The notes below the pieces were generated by a model. The model was given only the letters and a program-made list of their open reading frames with translations, was not told where the DNA came from and did no database searches. DNA of 63,519 bases, counting the filler, from Pelomyxa schiedti (Eukaryota; Protista; Evosea): NCBI GenBank assembly GCA_020536535.1. It is 11 parts of 11 records of this genome, joined end to end, with 100 filler letters (N's around TTAATTAATTAA, not from the genome) between each part and the next. Parts side by side here need not be neighbours in the genome. Positions count along the whole stretch, not along the records: positions 24,059 to 50,313 come from JAHLWZ010001040.1; positions 50,414 to 53,088 come from JAHLWZ010001926.1; 9 more parts are not named here. The stretch is one strand, 5' to 3'. Shown here in pieces: positions 37,464 through 52,535 of the stretch; the stretch's first letter is position 1, and each line of letters opens with the position of its first letter. The translations under genes were made by a program, and so were the position numbers.

Positions 37464-38117
37464 CTAAGAGATGTTGATCTTGAGGGGAGAGCGAGTCGGG
37501 GGCTTGGGCACCGTGATCCTCAGCACGCCGTCGGTCATCGAGGCCGTGATGGCGGCGGGGTCCGAGTCCTCGGGGACGCGGAAGGACCTCGCGAAGTTGC
37601 CGGCGATGCGCTCCTGGCGGTGGCTCGTGTCGCCGGTCCTGTAGTCGGGCTGCTTGATCCCCTTGACCGACAGCACGCCGTTGAGGGTCTCGAGCTCAAT
37701 GGACTCCTTGGGCACGCCGGGCAGCTCCATGTAAATCTGCATTATGGGTGTGAGGTGTTTGTGTTGTTTGTGTGTTTTCAGGGTGCTATTAATTTTTTTT
37801 TTTTTTTGTTCGTAGGATATTTACTGCGTGGATAGTTGTATTAACAACTGTAAAGGCTTTGAAACGTGAATGGGCACTTTTTGTTTAGGTGTGTGTTGGG
37901 AGGGGATTAATACCTGATAATCATTGTTTGTTTCTAATAGGTCAGCCTCTGGTGAGAACCATGTTGTGACTTGCTCAAAGGGATGATCCGGCATTGGCGT
38001 GGCTGCGCTTCCACCACTTGATGCACTGGAACTGCCCTCATCTTGGCCATGGACTTTCTTGTGGATTCGGCGCAGCAGTACCATGGAAGGGGAATTGCCG
38101 TGAAGAACAATCTCCAT
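37464..38117 (-). CDS. Small heat-shock protein (HSP20/alpha-crystallin domain), 2 exons (38117-37914, 37736-37464)
   Basis: PEADLLETNNDYQ|IYMELPGVPKESIEL..VLSVKG..QERIAGNFARSFRVP..ITASMTDGVLRITVPK. Confidence 0.93.
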
Positions 38118-39310
38118 AGTTGAATGGGTTTGCTTTTTCTTTAGTTGTTGTTGTGGTGATTTGCTTTGTGTTTGGTTGTACTTGTGTGTACGCTCCCTAA
38201 CTTGGGTGTCACAAAGGCAAGAAAACGGCTGTTGTTTACTTGTTCTTTTTTGTTTTTTTGAATTTTGGTCTTTGCTCTTCGTTGGTCATCCTTTTATTTC
38301 TTATGAGGGTCCAGTTTCCACGGGTTTTATGCCACCTCCACGTGATAAAAAACGAAAATTACTTCGAAATTTCGTGTAACTCTCGTATCTGCAACTCCAA
38401 AACTGGGAAAGCACCGCAGCACACATTCTAAAAGCATGCAACACCAAAGACAAATGAAGAACATGTTTTCTTTTCTCTCTTTTTACAATCCCACAACCAA
38501 AACCCGTGTAGCGGATCCTTATATACAACAACGGCTGCCCAAACCCTAAGGAAATAAATTAAAACGAACATGTAGGGTGTCACTGGCACAGAGAGCGGTA
38601 CACACCTATCATCGTTGTTGAGGGTACAAACGGTGAACACCCTTTTCTGGCCACTTACCTGCGGGGGTTTTCTCTGTTCCTCCCTGTGGTACATGGATGC
38701 CGGGATTCCGGTTGTTGGATGTGCACTGACCGCGCTCCAGACAACCAATGAAATCCAGGGTAATCCACAATCAATCGTCCATGCGTGGGCACCAACGCCG
38801 GTTGTGACCTAAGGTGTCATGAAAAGCGGCGGAACATACCACAAATGTTAACTTCACTATCAGGGTATAGGTGAGCACAGCCACTCACAAGAGGTTGGTT
38901 TTCCACACAGCTTGGCTGTTTGCTTATATACTGGATGGGGTTGTTCGGGATGGCTTTGTGAGATAGGTTGGGGAGGTACATGGGCTTTTATTTAAAAAAT
39001 ATTTTCTGCTGCTGTTTTTGGCAGTTGGCGGCCAATGCTTCATCATGGATTCAAACATCGTCCAACAAAACTCAATGCTTGAAGAGAAGAAGGGGGAATA
39101 GAAGGGAGAAGAGAGGGAAATTGGATTTGGGGGGAAGGCGGTTAGGGGAAAAAGAAAGAGAATATTCCTTTGGAATATCCCTTTCTGTTAGCAACTGCAA
39201 ACAACAAAATACAACAAAAACCACCACATGGCCAACTGCTGGGGACTAAAATGATGCAGCATTTTACAATAAACTCTTCGCTCCGACCACGAGGGAGTCC
39301 ACACAGTTTC

Positions 39311-41986
<2,676 letters not shown>

Positions 41987-42266
41987 GCTGGTCGGTTATT
42001 CGGGAACAAGTACGGCACGGTTGGATAATAAATTGCGTTTTTTTTTCTTTTTCTTTTCAAAACTGTCTTCTGTACCTCTGAGAATCCAATCTACCTCCAT
42101 TTGTCTTGGAACCTTCAGAGCACAGTTCATTGTCGGCTCATTCACCACATTTTTTTTCAGTGGAAATGGTTCGACGCTGAAACGACCTTCGTGTACAAAA
42201 AAGAAGCAAAACAGAACAGAAAAAGATTGCGTTTTTACGGTGGTGGTTCCGGAATCAAAGGAAAGG

Positions 42267-44677
42267 ATGTGGACGGACGTGAGCGCGAAAGGAGGGCGGT
42301 GCCGACGTCCATTGGTTGCCGCCGCCGGCGTCGTGGCCTGGGTCCTGTCCCCCGGTGGAATCTGTTGCCCCAGTCCCACTGGGCCCCCCGGCGCCGTGGA
42401 CCAATTGGTCCACGGCCAGGGCGACGGCGGCGCGGCGTCTTATGCTTCTGATTACGAGTGCGCCGGGGTTGGCGGCGGCGGCGGAGGCGGCGGCGGTGCG
42501 GGACAAGTTGGGGTCGGGGTCGGGGCTGCGGCGGCGGCGGCGGCGGGCGAGTCGGCCAATTGGAGGGAGGCAATTGGTTCTGTTTGGCATAATTACGGCC
42601 CGGCGGCATGTGGCGAATCTGTTTGGAACAATTACTTGCCGAGTGCGTCTCCGGCCACGGCGGCGTTTGGTGGATCTGCGTTTTTATTGACAGCGGCGGT
42701 GGTGATTCTGGCTGTGTGGGGCTGGATAAAATGGAAAAGGAGATCTGCGGTTAATCACTCTGGTGTGGCTTTGGTTTCTTTGTTGTTTGTAATAAGTGAT
42801 GGTTTTCCTTGTCTGTGTCTATGTGCGATTCCTCTTTTTAATGGGCATATTATCCTAACCATCGCGGTTTCTCTATTTAATGTTACAGAGGGAAATACTG
42901 CCCGACATACACCTTTCTTCAAGCCGGGATCAGCCGTAAGTTTTTCTGATTGTATATTTTTGAGACTAATTTTGTGAGGTCAAGTATCCAGGACTTTCTT
43001 CACAGGAAGTAATGAGATTAAACCTTATCGACGAGTTACGTTTCACCGAGGTTGCCAAAGCACACGATTATTTATGATCGTTTGACACCTCCCACAGGAA
43101 AAATATGTACAGGATTTACAACTTATTATATCAGTCTTCTTGAAACCTCTGCAAAGCTTAAAAACACTCACCGATACCGAGATGGCTTCTATATTTTCCA
43201 ATATCGAGAATTTATTCCAGATAAACAAGTCACTCTAATAATACATCAATAATATCACTTACCTTTTGTACAGACGTTTACTGGGGAAGCTGCAAGATAT
43301 TGCAACAGAACTCAAAGCCAACCCTCACATGATACCTTCTGTTGGGCCCGCATTTTTATCTTTAAAATCAGAGTTTTCTGCTGCTTATTCTCGGATATGC
43401 AAAAACCATAATGTATCATTTACAGTCCCATCCATTTACATCTGACAAGATTTCACTTTCCCCAGATATCACATGAAATAACTCAACTTGAAGAAAGGAA
43501 TGCACAATTCCGTGAGTGGCTTTCACTTTGCCAGCAGCTTCCTGAATGTCACTCCCTTGATCTCAAGGCATATATAATCAAACCGCTACAGCGTGTTTGC
43601 AGATACCCTCTCATATTGGAGCAATTGCTGAAAGCCACTCCAAAGAGCAGTGGTGACCGCACCTATGCCGATTTGCAGGAGTGCATAACATTTTTACGCG
43701 GTTTGATTGCAGAGATTGATGTCTCAGTTGCAGATCCTAAGGAAGTTATCAAGTACTTCTGTTCACTCTGCGATGTACAGCCAGGGGCTCTTGGTACGAT
43801 ATTTCCGGATACAGCTGTTCTCTGCAAAGATGGCATTTTAAAACTGACATTCCCAACCAACCTCTCTGCCTCAGCACCTGTATCTCGTATACCAACCAGC
43901 TCACTGGGATCCACAGCCGCGGTAGGCAGCCAAGAGATACCTTATCCAGCTTCAGCAACTTCCTTGTCTAAGTCCACACGAATACCAGTACTTCCTTCCG
44001 CTCTTCCTGAAAAGTCCCACAGTGCTGGGATTTCCAGTGATGACGAACACAGTGACTCTGAATCTGCCGCTAAAAATGCGCCACCTGGCGAGGATGTGTA
44101 CACAGTTTTGACAACTGAATACCTGGCTTATGCCAAACCCAGTCCGACAAAGGCAAAACCGGCACACTGTGAGCCTGTGGCCGTGAACCTTGCCTTTGCT
44201 ACTCTTAGACAGGACCCATGTCGTGGATTTCCTACCGCTTTTGAATTGGTAGTTATACCTCCTGGTTCTACTGGAGCAGGTTGCGAGTCATCTCCGCGGT
44301 TTCCCACTTCCCCACCTACTAGTGGTGGAACAACATCTCTCCGTTCATCTGTTCCAGTAGCCCCAGGCTCAAATACACCTCCATTAACAAGTAACACAAC
44401 AACAACATCCAGCAGCACGTATGACCCGCACAGGTCATCGCCGTCACCTCCCCCAGCTCCTTCCCCACCACCTACACTCCCCAAACCCAAAAGGCCACTA
44501 TTCTCCCTACGGGTCTCATATGGCCTTCCCTTCCGCTCCTTCTCTCCACCACCAGCCCCACCTCCGCCACCACAGCCTATTCACCACTTCTTTGTGTGCA
44601 CTTCTCTGCTGGACAAGAAGTTATGGTGTGAAAAAATTTCAGACGTTATCTGTAAAATTAAAACAAAGAATGTGTAA
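42267..44677 (+). CDS. Dbl-homology (DH-PH) RhoGEF with a predicted N-terminal transmembrane helix and a split PH domain
   Basis: DH motifs LIDELRFTE|EKYVQDL, SIFSNIENL, LKAYIIKPLQRVCRYPLILEQLLKAT. PH-like strands end in HFFVCTSLLDKKLWCEKI. TM segment AFLLTAAVVILAVWGWI followed by KWKRR. Confidence 0.85.
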
Positions 44678-44899
44678 TCCTTTTCTTTTTTTTTTTTTTG
44701 TGGCAAACTGTGGCGAGGTCTGTGCCACACAAACACTTTGGTTTTTACTTTTAAAAAGTTGCAACCTGCTTCTTCTTTCTACAAGCCTCGGATTTACGGT
44801 ATTACTAGAAGGAGTTTAATCGTCACTCACTGGAGACTGGTTACAGGTGGGGAGTCGAAGGGGACAGCTGAAGTCCGCTGTGGGAAAATTGCCTTCTGG

Positions 44900-45708
44900 A
44901 ATGCCACTGAATATTCTTGCACTGGTCAAAGCGTCTCTGAATGTGGTTCTTATTGTTAGCCTGGTCACACTTGGTAAGCTGCTCGTTGTGGCCTCACTTT
45001 GGCGAACAGGGGTCCTTTTGGAAGCTATCTGTGCTGTTGCAGTTGAGCTGGACACCAACAGACCACAACCAGAAACAACATACTGCTGCGTTCTTTGTGG
45101 GTGCTGGTTTGTTATGCACGGAGCAAGCTGAGGATGTGCCTGGTCAATTAGCCGCTTCTTTTGAGTTGAAGGAGTGGTGGCGGCGATTCGCCTCAGTGAA
45201 AAAACGGAGGCGGAGGAGTGGTCACTGGTGGTGTCGTGCACACGTGTGATTCGTCAACAGCCTTCACCTCCAGTCCTGCGTCATCATCCAACCATGCTGT
45301 GGCGATTCCAGTGGCCAAATCCAGGAGCCTTTCAGATGTGGGAATGGGAGCAAAGCCCTGACCTTAGCCGTGACTCCAGCAGTAATGGTCTTCTCCAGAT
45401 CAACAAACGAAATGAGAGAGAGAGAGAGAGATGCCGGTGGTTCGCAGGCAGCATCTCCCACAAAAACCACTTGATCACAACAAGGCCCATCAAATGGTTC
45501 AGAACCTTGGGCAAGCCCACCAAGTGGAACTGTGCGTTTCGCAGCGACACAGGCACGCCGTCCCCCGTCCTCCAACGACGAGGCTTTTTCCACTGTGATT
45601 GTTGCTTCTCCAAAACCTAACCCAAACGGGTCCCGACACGTCAACCGTTGCCACCAGCGAATCCCCGCACGACGGACACACGAACTTTTGGATGCAAAAG
45701 TTTTTCAC
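44900..45708 (-). pseudogene. Frameshifted paralog of the 49069-50244 family
   Basis: KSLVV/WRTGDGVPVS (frame switch) vs GFVVWRMSKNGVPVS; ISFVDLEKT vs ILFVDLENS. Multiple frame switches and stops. Confidence 0.6.
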
Positions 45709-45734
45709 AACGAAATTTTTTTTATTGTTGTGGT

Positions 45735-46003
45735 TCAGAACTGGGTGGGTTGGGGTAACCCATGAGCAGTTATGACGTGATCACTCATCTTCTTCTTAAG
45801 GGCAGGGGAAAACTCCCAGTGGTGTCCCCGGTCATTCATGACAAAGTGGCACACATTGCATGTGAGCTTCATGTTTCTCCACTTGTGGAACATCCCACGT
45901 TCAGAGAGCCATGTCTCTTCGGTGACCCACCCAGTGCCATTCTGCCCGTAATGGTTTCCTTCAATCACAGGAATCAGACCAGTAGCAATAGGCAGTATAA
46001 GCT
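45735..46003 (-). CDS. Small ORF or exon with a C2H2-like motif
   Basis: CNVC-x23-HVITAH, preceded by a plausible acceptor TTTCCTCCAG. Start not established. Confidence 0.35.
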
Positions 46004-46038
46004 GGAGGAAATTCGATGACAAAAATCAAGGGTGAGTA

Positions 46039-46255
46039 TGCAGAATCCCCCCTCAAGAGGTTCTCGTCCTCCTGACCTTCATTAACGGGTGAACTCATAA
46101 TACCCAACCGAATGATTCAAAGTTATTTATTATTATCCTCCTTCTTCGTTATTCACAAACTTAGAGACCCCAACGGCGGCATTCAATGAACAGGTTGTTG
46201 TGAAACAACCAAACGTGAATTCGCCGCGGTTGTCACCCAGATCCGGCAAGCCCTG
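46039..46255 (+). repeat. About 210-bp dispersed repeat, copy 1
   Basis: Near-identical to 57447-57649, which is on a different scaffold. Confidence 0.93.
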
Positions 46256-46997
46256 CCTCTGCAAGTACAACGTCAGCCATCGCTGTTTGGTCTTATCCGG
46301 TTTTTTTTTTTTCTGTGTTTTGTTGGAGGTTGTGGTTTGAGTTCTATTTATAAAGGCTACTCAAGTTGGATCGAACTTGACACAAACTTGCCTCCTGAGA
46401 TTTCAGCCATTTTTTTCCTTTGACCCTTCAACGCCCAAAACATGTCGCAACATAATGTGGGCGCACCCACAATGACTGGATGAGGGGCGGAGAGACCAAC
46501 CAGTGCTAGAAGATCTACTAACTGGAATAGCATGATAGCGGTGACGTCAGTGAACACCTGCGGTATGAATGATAACCCGAGAAAATGGAGAATAACAGAT
46601 ACTCAAAGTTATCCCACGTTATTCCTTAGAAGACCGTCGACAACTACAATAACTATTGTGATCGGAACAGGTTAAGCATGGCCCAGGGGAGGTTCACCTT
46701 GGGGCCCATAGCCGGCATCAGAACTACTGTGGGATCCAGTTGCAACTGTTCCACTTGATGGTGTGCTGGACGATTGAGCTTTCCCCAAAAGGACAAAACA
46801 GACCGGCAGTTGGCTAAGATCTGGAAAATACTGATGGACATCAGTTCTTTCCACGAAGCAGGAGGGAGATCTCTCTCGAAACGAACTCGAAACGGCAACA
46901 CTAGCGTTCTCGATGTCGTGGAATGGGGACACGTTGGTTTTTGGGGAGTTCCGTTGCACTTAAACTTACCTCTGCCACATCCTCGTACACAAATAAA

Positions 46998-48916
46998 ATG
47001 GGTATTTCCCACGGGCTGACAGTTGTGTTGTGGTGTTGTATATTTTGGGCCTGCACAGTGGCAGAGTGGTGCTCGGAGCCAGCCAACGAGCAGTACTGGA
47101 CCGACGTGTACTTCGACTTCGACAAGACAGTGTACGGGCATGTGCACTCAAATGACACCTACACCGGGCTATGCAACACGTCTCAGTTCTCGGGTAAGTG
47201 TCATATGTTTTGGAAAACAATCAAAAACGCAAATGTAACGAACGTAAAACGACGAGACAATTTGGCAATTGTACAATTCTGATAAACCTTCCTTCTACAT
47301 AGATGCTTGGTACACATTTCAGCCAAGTGTGGATGGAGAACTTGTTGTCTCTACTTGTGGAACCACTTGGGATACTGTCATTGAGGTGTGGCTGGCAACT
47401 CTGTTTCGTCCACATTATTTGTTTCTCAGCAAATAGGCCAACTCTGACAACAGGTACAATGTGGGTTTACATGTAACAGCCGTTCCTGCGTTGCGTCGAA
47501 TGACGATGGTTGCATTCCAGCTTCTATTAGCATCCTGTCTGTCAATGCACATGAGTTCTACAACATACGGATACGCCCATATGCGTACTATACTGTAACG
47601 TCTCAGTATACATTCAATCTGGAGTTTACTCCTACAATTAAATCATCGTCTCAGTCATCGTCGTCAGAGTCTTCTTCAAGCTTACAGAGTAATTATTATT
47701 GTAAGCGTCTTCCTACCCCTTCACTTCATCTTACCACTACCTTATGTGCAAAGTTTGCCCCGATCGGATATATATTTCGAATGAGGGGTCTGAAACTTAC
47801 GCCTTGACATCAGGCATTTATGTTAATACTGGTGATTGTTGGGATGACGATTTTACCGGGGAGTACGGTGAGAGACAGTTGCTATTCTCGGCATACTAAA
47901 TAACTCTCCTCACGTAGGGCTGTGGTTTGAGTATTTCACTGGAGACCCTTTGACACTCTCTCTATGTGCTGAATTTCCAATCACTCTCATCGTAAGAAGG
48001 GAGTTCGAAGAGTGCGCACTCTAATGTTTTTCATAGTTTGTCGCAAAACTGTGTGAGAGCACTACATCACCATACAACTGCTATTATACCTCTTCAAGCA
48101 CCTGGAAAGGTTGGGATGATTGCGAATACCAGATTGAGGTTGACATGGACATAAATTGGAACGTCAAATTCTTGGTCAAGACGTGAGTCTTTTTTTTTTC
48201 CCCTTTATAAAATGACTCTTCTTGAAGGCAGTACTATGATACCAGGATCACTGTGAGTACTTATTCATATGAGTGGTCATCCTCCCATCATGAATAGGAC
48301 CACTTTCCAAGTAATACATCAACAGTGATTTCAACTGCATTTTAACCTCTCTCAGTCTGGCTTGTGGTTCTGGCCTTCGGTCTCCTGTTTTTATGTCTTG
48401 GATTGTTCTGTCTGCTTGGGGCGTTCTGGTGCCACAGAAGAATAATAAAAAAGAGGTATACCAGCCCGATTTCCCTTTCTCCTTTCCCTTTGTTAATCAT
48501 CATTGGAAAGGAACGCGCAATACCCACCTCTGGTTGAAAGTACATGTTGCATCAACACACAACCGGCCTCAGGCGAGAATACTCAGCCTCCCAGTGTGGA
48601 ACCGTATGTTCCTTCAGTTGCTGTTAATTCCCACCCCACTAATGTACCTACCCAACAGAACATACACACCTTTCTATGGATGTGTTTCGGGCTTTCAAGA
48701 ACAGCAACAGCAAGTGCTCTTCACTCCTCCAACACAACCACCTCCTCCAGGATTGTATCCCACAATTACTCTTCCACTTCCCACCCAAACAACTTCCAAC
48801 AACTGAGTACAATTCGGAATTATGGGTGCTCGGTTTCCTGTGTATCTGATTTTTCCTGGTTCATGGGGGCACGTAGAAGAAAGTTGATTTTTAGTCCTTT
48901 TTACTCAATGGCATAA
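46998..48916 (+). CDS. Putative type I membrane protein (signal peptide, Cys-containing ectodomain, TM helix, Pro/Gln-rich tail)
   Basis: Signal-like MGISHGLTVVLWCCIFWACTVA; ectodomain motif DGELVVSTCGTTWDTVIEVW; TM WLVVLAFGLLFLCLGLFCLLGAFWC followed by HRR..KKR. Short GT-AG introns; tail frame uncertain. Confidence 0.65.
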
Positions 48917-49068
48917 GGAATCCAAAACATGGAGTACTAATGTTCCATTGGTACCAAAGGAGCCCATCAAAGTATTTATATTTTTTTCGTTACAGCGTTT
49001 GGACAGTGATGGCATCACAGCCACCAACTGGCTTTTTTGGAGAAGCAACAGCAAGTGGCTTGAAGACC

Positions 49069-50244
49069 TCAGTGCTGTGCTTCTCTCAGTAAGGCCAGAG
49101 GTGCACCGGTAATTGTGTCTTTAACGAGGGCCGTAACAACGTGCTGTGATGGTGGTGACTGCCATTTGACAGTATAAACATCTCCCGATGAGGATCCAAA
49201 GTCAGTGTTTTCTTCAGGGCTGTACTTGTACTGGCACAATGGTTTACTCAGGTCAGAAGAGGCACGGTACACCTCTGTTGTTGTCACATCCTTCCTCCAA
49301 ACAATGTGCTCAGAGGAAAAGTGGAACAGGTAGAAACTATCGGGGAATGTGTGCATTTGATTACCTGTCGCTGCGTCACAAACTCTGTAGCACCCATCAT
49401 GAGCACAATGCACAGTGAGTATTGTGGTTGGCGAGGACCAAAACAAGTAAAAAGGCTCTGGGAATGGGAGCAAAATGCTCTCCCTGGCCTTCACAACGAC
49501 TCCAGCAGCGCAACTGTTCTCAAGGTCAACAAACAAAATAGATGGTGACCCGTGATCGTCACCCACAGCAACAAGCACATCACCGCAAGGGTCGTCAAAC
49601 TGAGAGAACCGCGCACCAATCTCACCAATCTTCAACGTGCATTTCACACTGACACCTCGTGGTGACACAGGCACGCCGTTTTTGCTCATCCTCCACACCA
49701 CAAAGCCCTCACCCACGCATATCTTGACAAGCCACTTGCCGTTGCTTGTCCAGTTACCAGCCGAGTGACCCATGTGTTCCAGTGGCGACACCACGTTTCC
49801 CTTGCTGTCAACAAGAACCGAGGCCCGAGAGTAAGAGCCGCTTGCCACGAACCTGTCATCACCAACGCGCCCCCTGATTATGAACCCGCTCAAACTGCAA
49901 GCTGGCTTCGAGTCGCCAATGCGCCTGCACCACACGACGCCAAGCGTTGCACTCAAGCCAATGAACACATGAACGTTCGTGGTCGGGGGGCACATGTATT
50001 CGCTGTAGTAATCGACCTCTTGCCGCGTCGGTATCGTGATGGTGGAGCCGACCTGCCTGCAGCAGCCGACGACCCAGTCGCGGCCGAAAGACTCGCACAG
50101 GGCGCGATTGTGGGACAGCGACTTGGCCGCGCTCCCGGCGCCGCACCTCTCAATCCACGAACTCGCAAACGCAACGAACTGCGATCGCGCGTCGACTATG
50201 GGCTCAATTGTTGTGCGTTGGGTGGGTTGCTCTGCCGTACTCAT
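49069..50244 (-). CDS. Lineage-specific hypothetical protein, 391 aa, intronless
   Basis: Intact ATG-started ORF; N-terminal ARSQFVAFASSWIERCGAGS motif; beta-rich body. Confidence 0.8.
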   Translation of the reverse strand: MSTAEQPTQRTTIEPIVDARSQFVAFASSWIERCGAGSAAKSLSHNRALCESFGRDWVVGCCRQVGSTITIPTRQEVDYYSEYMCPPTTNVHVFIGLSATLGVVWCRRIGDSKPACSLSGFIIRGRVGDDRFVASGSYSRASVLVDSKGNVVSPLEHMGHSAGNWTSNGKWLVKICVGEGFVVWRMSKNGVPVSPRGVSVKCTLKIGEIGARFSQFDDPCGDVLVAVGDDHGSPSILFVDLENSCAAGVVVKARESILLPFPEPFYLFWSSPTTILTVHCAHDGCYRVCDAATGNQMHTFPDSFYLFHFSSEHIVWRKDVTTTEVYRASSDLSKPLCQYKYSPEENTDFGSSSGDVYTVKWQSPPSQHVVTALVKDTITGAPLALLREAQH

Positions 50245-50413
50245 CTTAGTCTAGAAGTACTGGTTGGGTGACGCAAAACAGGGGTTGGGAGTTTGGGAGT
50301 TCAGACACCAGCCNNNNNNNNNNNNNNNNNNNNNNNNNNNNNNNNNNNNNNNNNNNNTTAATTAATTAANNNNNNNNNNNNNNNNNNNNNNNNNNNNNNN
50401 NNNNNNNNNNNNN

Positions 50414-51320
50414 TGTTGATGACGAGCAACAATTCATCAGGCCATCTGTTGTTTAACTTCATGAAGACACTATCTGGGTCCTCACCATCGTCAAAGTCCA
50501 GCAGTGGGATCCTGAACTGCCCACAAAAAGTTGTTGACCTGGTGTTGCTGTTGAAGCAGTGAAGCTGGAGAAGATTCCTGGCACCGCCACCCTCGGCACC
50601 AAGCGCAACAATCCACTTGTAATTGACAGCATCACATCTGCTGTTGTGGAAGGACATTGGCTCCTCAAAAAGGTCCTTACCAAATCCACCGTCGTAGCCA
50701 CTGTGCCACGCCCACTTGCGACCTGTTGCCGGATGGTATAGATTCCGATAGGACATAAGGCACATGTTGTGGCGCACCCACAGGGAGCTGACGCCAGCGG
50801 CCCTGTCCTCTACCTCATCACCCACGATGCTGAGCAGCAGCGGCGACAGCCTCACGCACAGGCACCTCCGTGTAAGACCCCCCTGTGACGACGACGACGA
50901 GTGGTAGTAATCGTTAGTGTTGGCAGCACCAGCACTTCCTTCCCTTCCGTCATCATCATCATCATCATCACCATCACCATCACCATCATCACCAGTGGCG
51001 GCTCTTTCCTTTTCTCTGCCCTTGACCTCGAACACAAACACCCTGGCGGTGGACGCGACCACGCCCCACACCAGCCTGGCCACGACGTGCCCCCACGTCG
51101 CGAGTGCGGCGGCGCTCGCCGTTGCGGTCGTCGTGGCTCCCGGGGCGTCGTCGCTGTGTTGCTGCTGTGGTGTGTGGTTTTGCAGTCGCTGATGTTGTTG
51201 ACCGACGACGCAGGCGGACGCCAAAGCGCCAAGTTGGTCGCGAGCGCGCAGTACGACGTGGTGGGGGCCTTTGGCAAACTCCATTGCCGGGTCGTGTTGA
51301 GGCCACATTGATTTCCCCAA
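50414..51320 (-). CDS. Lineage-specific hypothetical protein (ARDQ motif), 3' truncated by spacer
   Basis: Open frame from ATG 51320; LRARDQLGALASA motif; low-complexity inserts. Confidence 0.7.
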
Positions 51321-52316
51321 GTATTATTTGGCAGATTAGAACGCCGATCCCGTGATCACGGGGCCTGTTGATTATTTTATTCTATGCCATTTAAGTTGTG
51401 ATTCGTTCCCTTACGAAAAGAGCTGATTGACGGACCCCCGCACCTGTGACACTGTTTAAACGGTTTTCAACACTTTCAAAATCGCATTCAAAAGCGCTTC
51501 AAAATGGATTCAAACCCTGATGGAATCCCTTTGGGAATCCCCTTTGTTGGATACCAAGGAAACATTTTCCAAAGAATCAGCTGTTGGTGTTTCAAATCAA
51601 AGGCTAGTGAGTGTTGCTCTTTGTTCACTGAATCAACATCATCAGCAATTCTCTTCACATCAGCACATTGCTATCACATAACCCTGCTTCTCCTGGCATG
51701 CTACGTTTGAGTACTTCAACATCCATGTGGTGACATCAGGTTGCTTCGTTGCGTTGCTCTTTTCATTTGCATCGTTTTGCAAGCATTTTACATTGCACCT
51801 TTGTCATTATCTGCTCTATCTACTGTGGCATTACTACTGCACTACACTACACACTCATGCACATCTACTTCAACGTTCTAGTGATTGCACACTTGTGTTA
51901 TTACCGATCTTTCAGCATCATCGTTTTTCTGTTGTTTTCTTGCTCATTCTGTTCATTGGTTGTTCGTACCAATGGGAGATGCTCAAGCGTTTTGGCAACG
52001 ACTCTGTCTACACTACATTGCATCTGTACCTACCTGCACTACAACAAGCTGTCATTCTCTGTGACAGTTATGCCAATTTTTCCCTTCTAAGGAAACCAAC
52101 CCACATTATTTTATTATGGTGTTCTTGTATGGTTTTGGAGGTATCCTGGCGAAAGGGGTGTGTACCTGGCAAGGCAGCATAGTGGCACAGAGAGTTTCAG
52201 CATGCACTCTGCAAAGAGATTAGCATACAAATCATGAGGATCATCCATACAACACCCAGCAAGTGTTTGATTCAATGTGGAAATGCTACAAACCACCAAA
52301 TCACTTGATCAATTCC

Positions 52317-52535
52317 AGAAGATCCACCGCGAAGGAACCAAGTCGTTTCCTTCCTTTTGTCCATCGGTGTAACCACCCTGGATGAGATAGCCCCTGGTTC
52401 CAGGGACACCCGAGGCGCCCCTGGGCTAGCTTTTCCCATTTGCACCGTCACCGTTCGCTTGGCTCAGCACACCAGCCTTTTTTTCTGCTAAGAAGATCCA
52501 CCGCGAAGGAACCAAGTCGTTTCCTTCCTTTTGTC
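52317..52535 (+). repeat. Perfect 45-bp direct repeat (52317-52361, 52491-52535) flanking a 129-bp GC-rich core
   Basis: AGAAGATCCACCGCGAAGGAACCAAGTCGTTTCCTTCCTTTTGTC occurs twice, identical. Confidence 0.95.

Noticed and set aside
38760-38900. CG-HNRRWCP zinc-knuckle-like fragment hinting at a transposase remnant
   Set aside because: Needs speculative splicing, the CCHC is incomplete and no catalytic domain is nearby.
46810-46825. TGGCTAAGATC match to the U2 snRNA 5' region
   Set aside because: Only 11 nt; the branch-recognition sequence and Sm site are absent.
51500-52300. Hydrophobic Cys/His-rich ORFs at 51504-52182
   Set aside because: Overlapping frames with no consistent splice model or family signal.
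52395-52450. Resemblance of the direct-repeat core to U1 snRNA stem-loop II (CATTTGCAC)
   Set aside because: No ATACTTACC 5' end and no Sm site.
52317-52535. CRISPR-like repeat-spacer-repeat
   Set aside because: Only two repeats, a 129-bp spacer, eukaryotic context and no cas genes.
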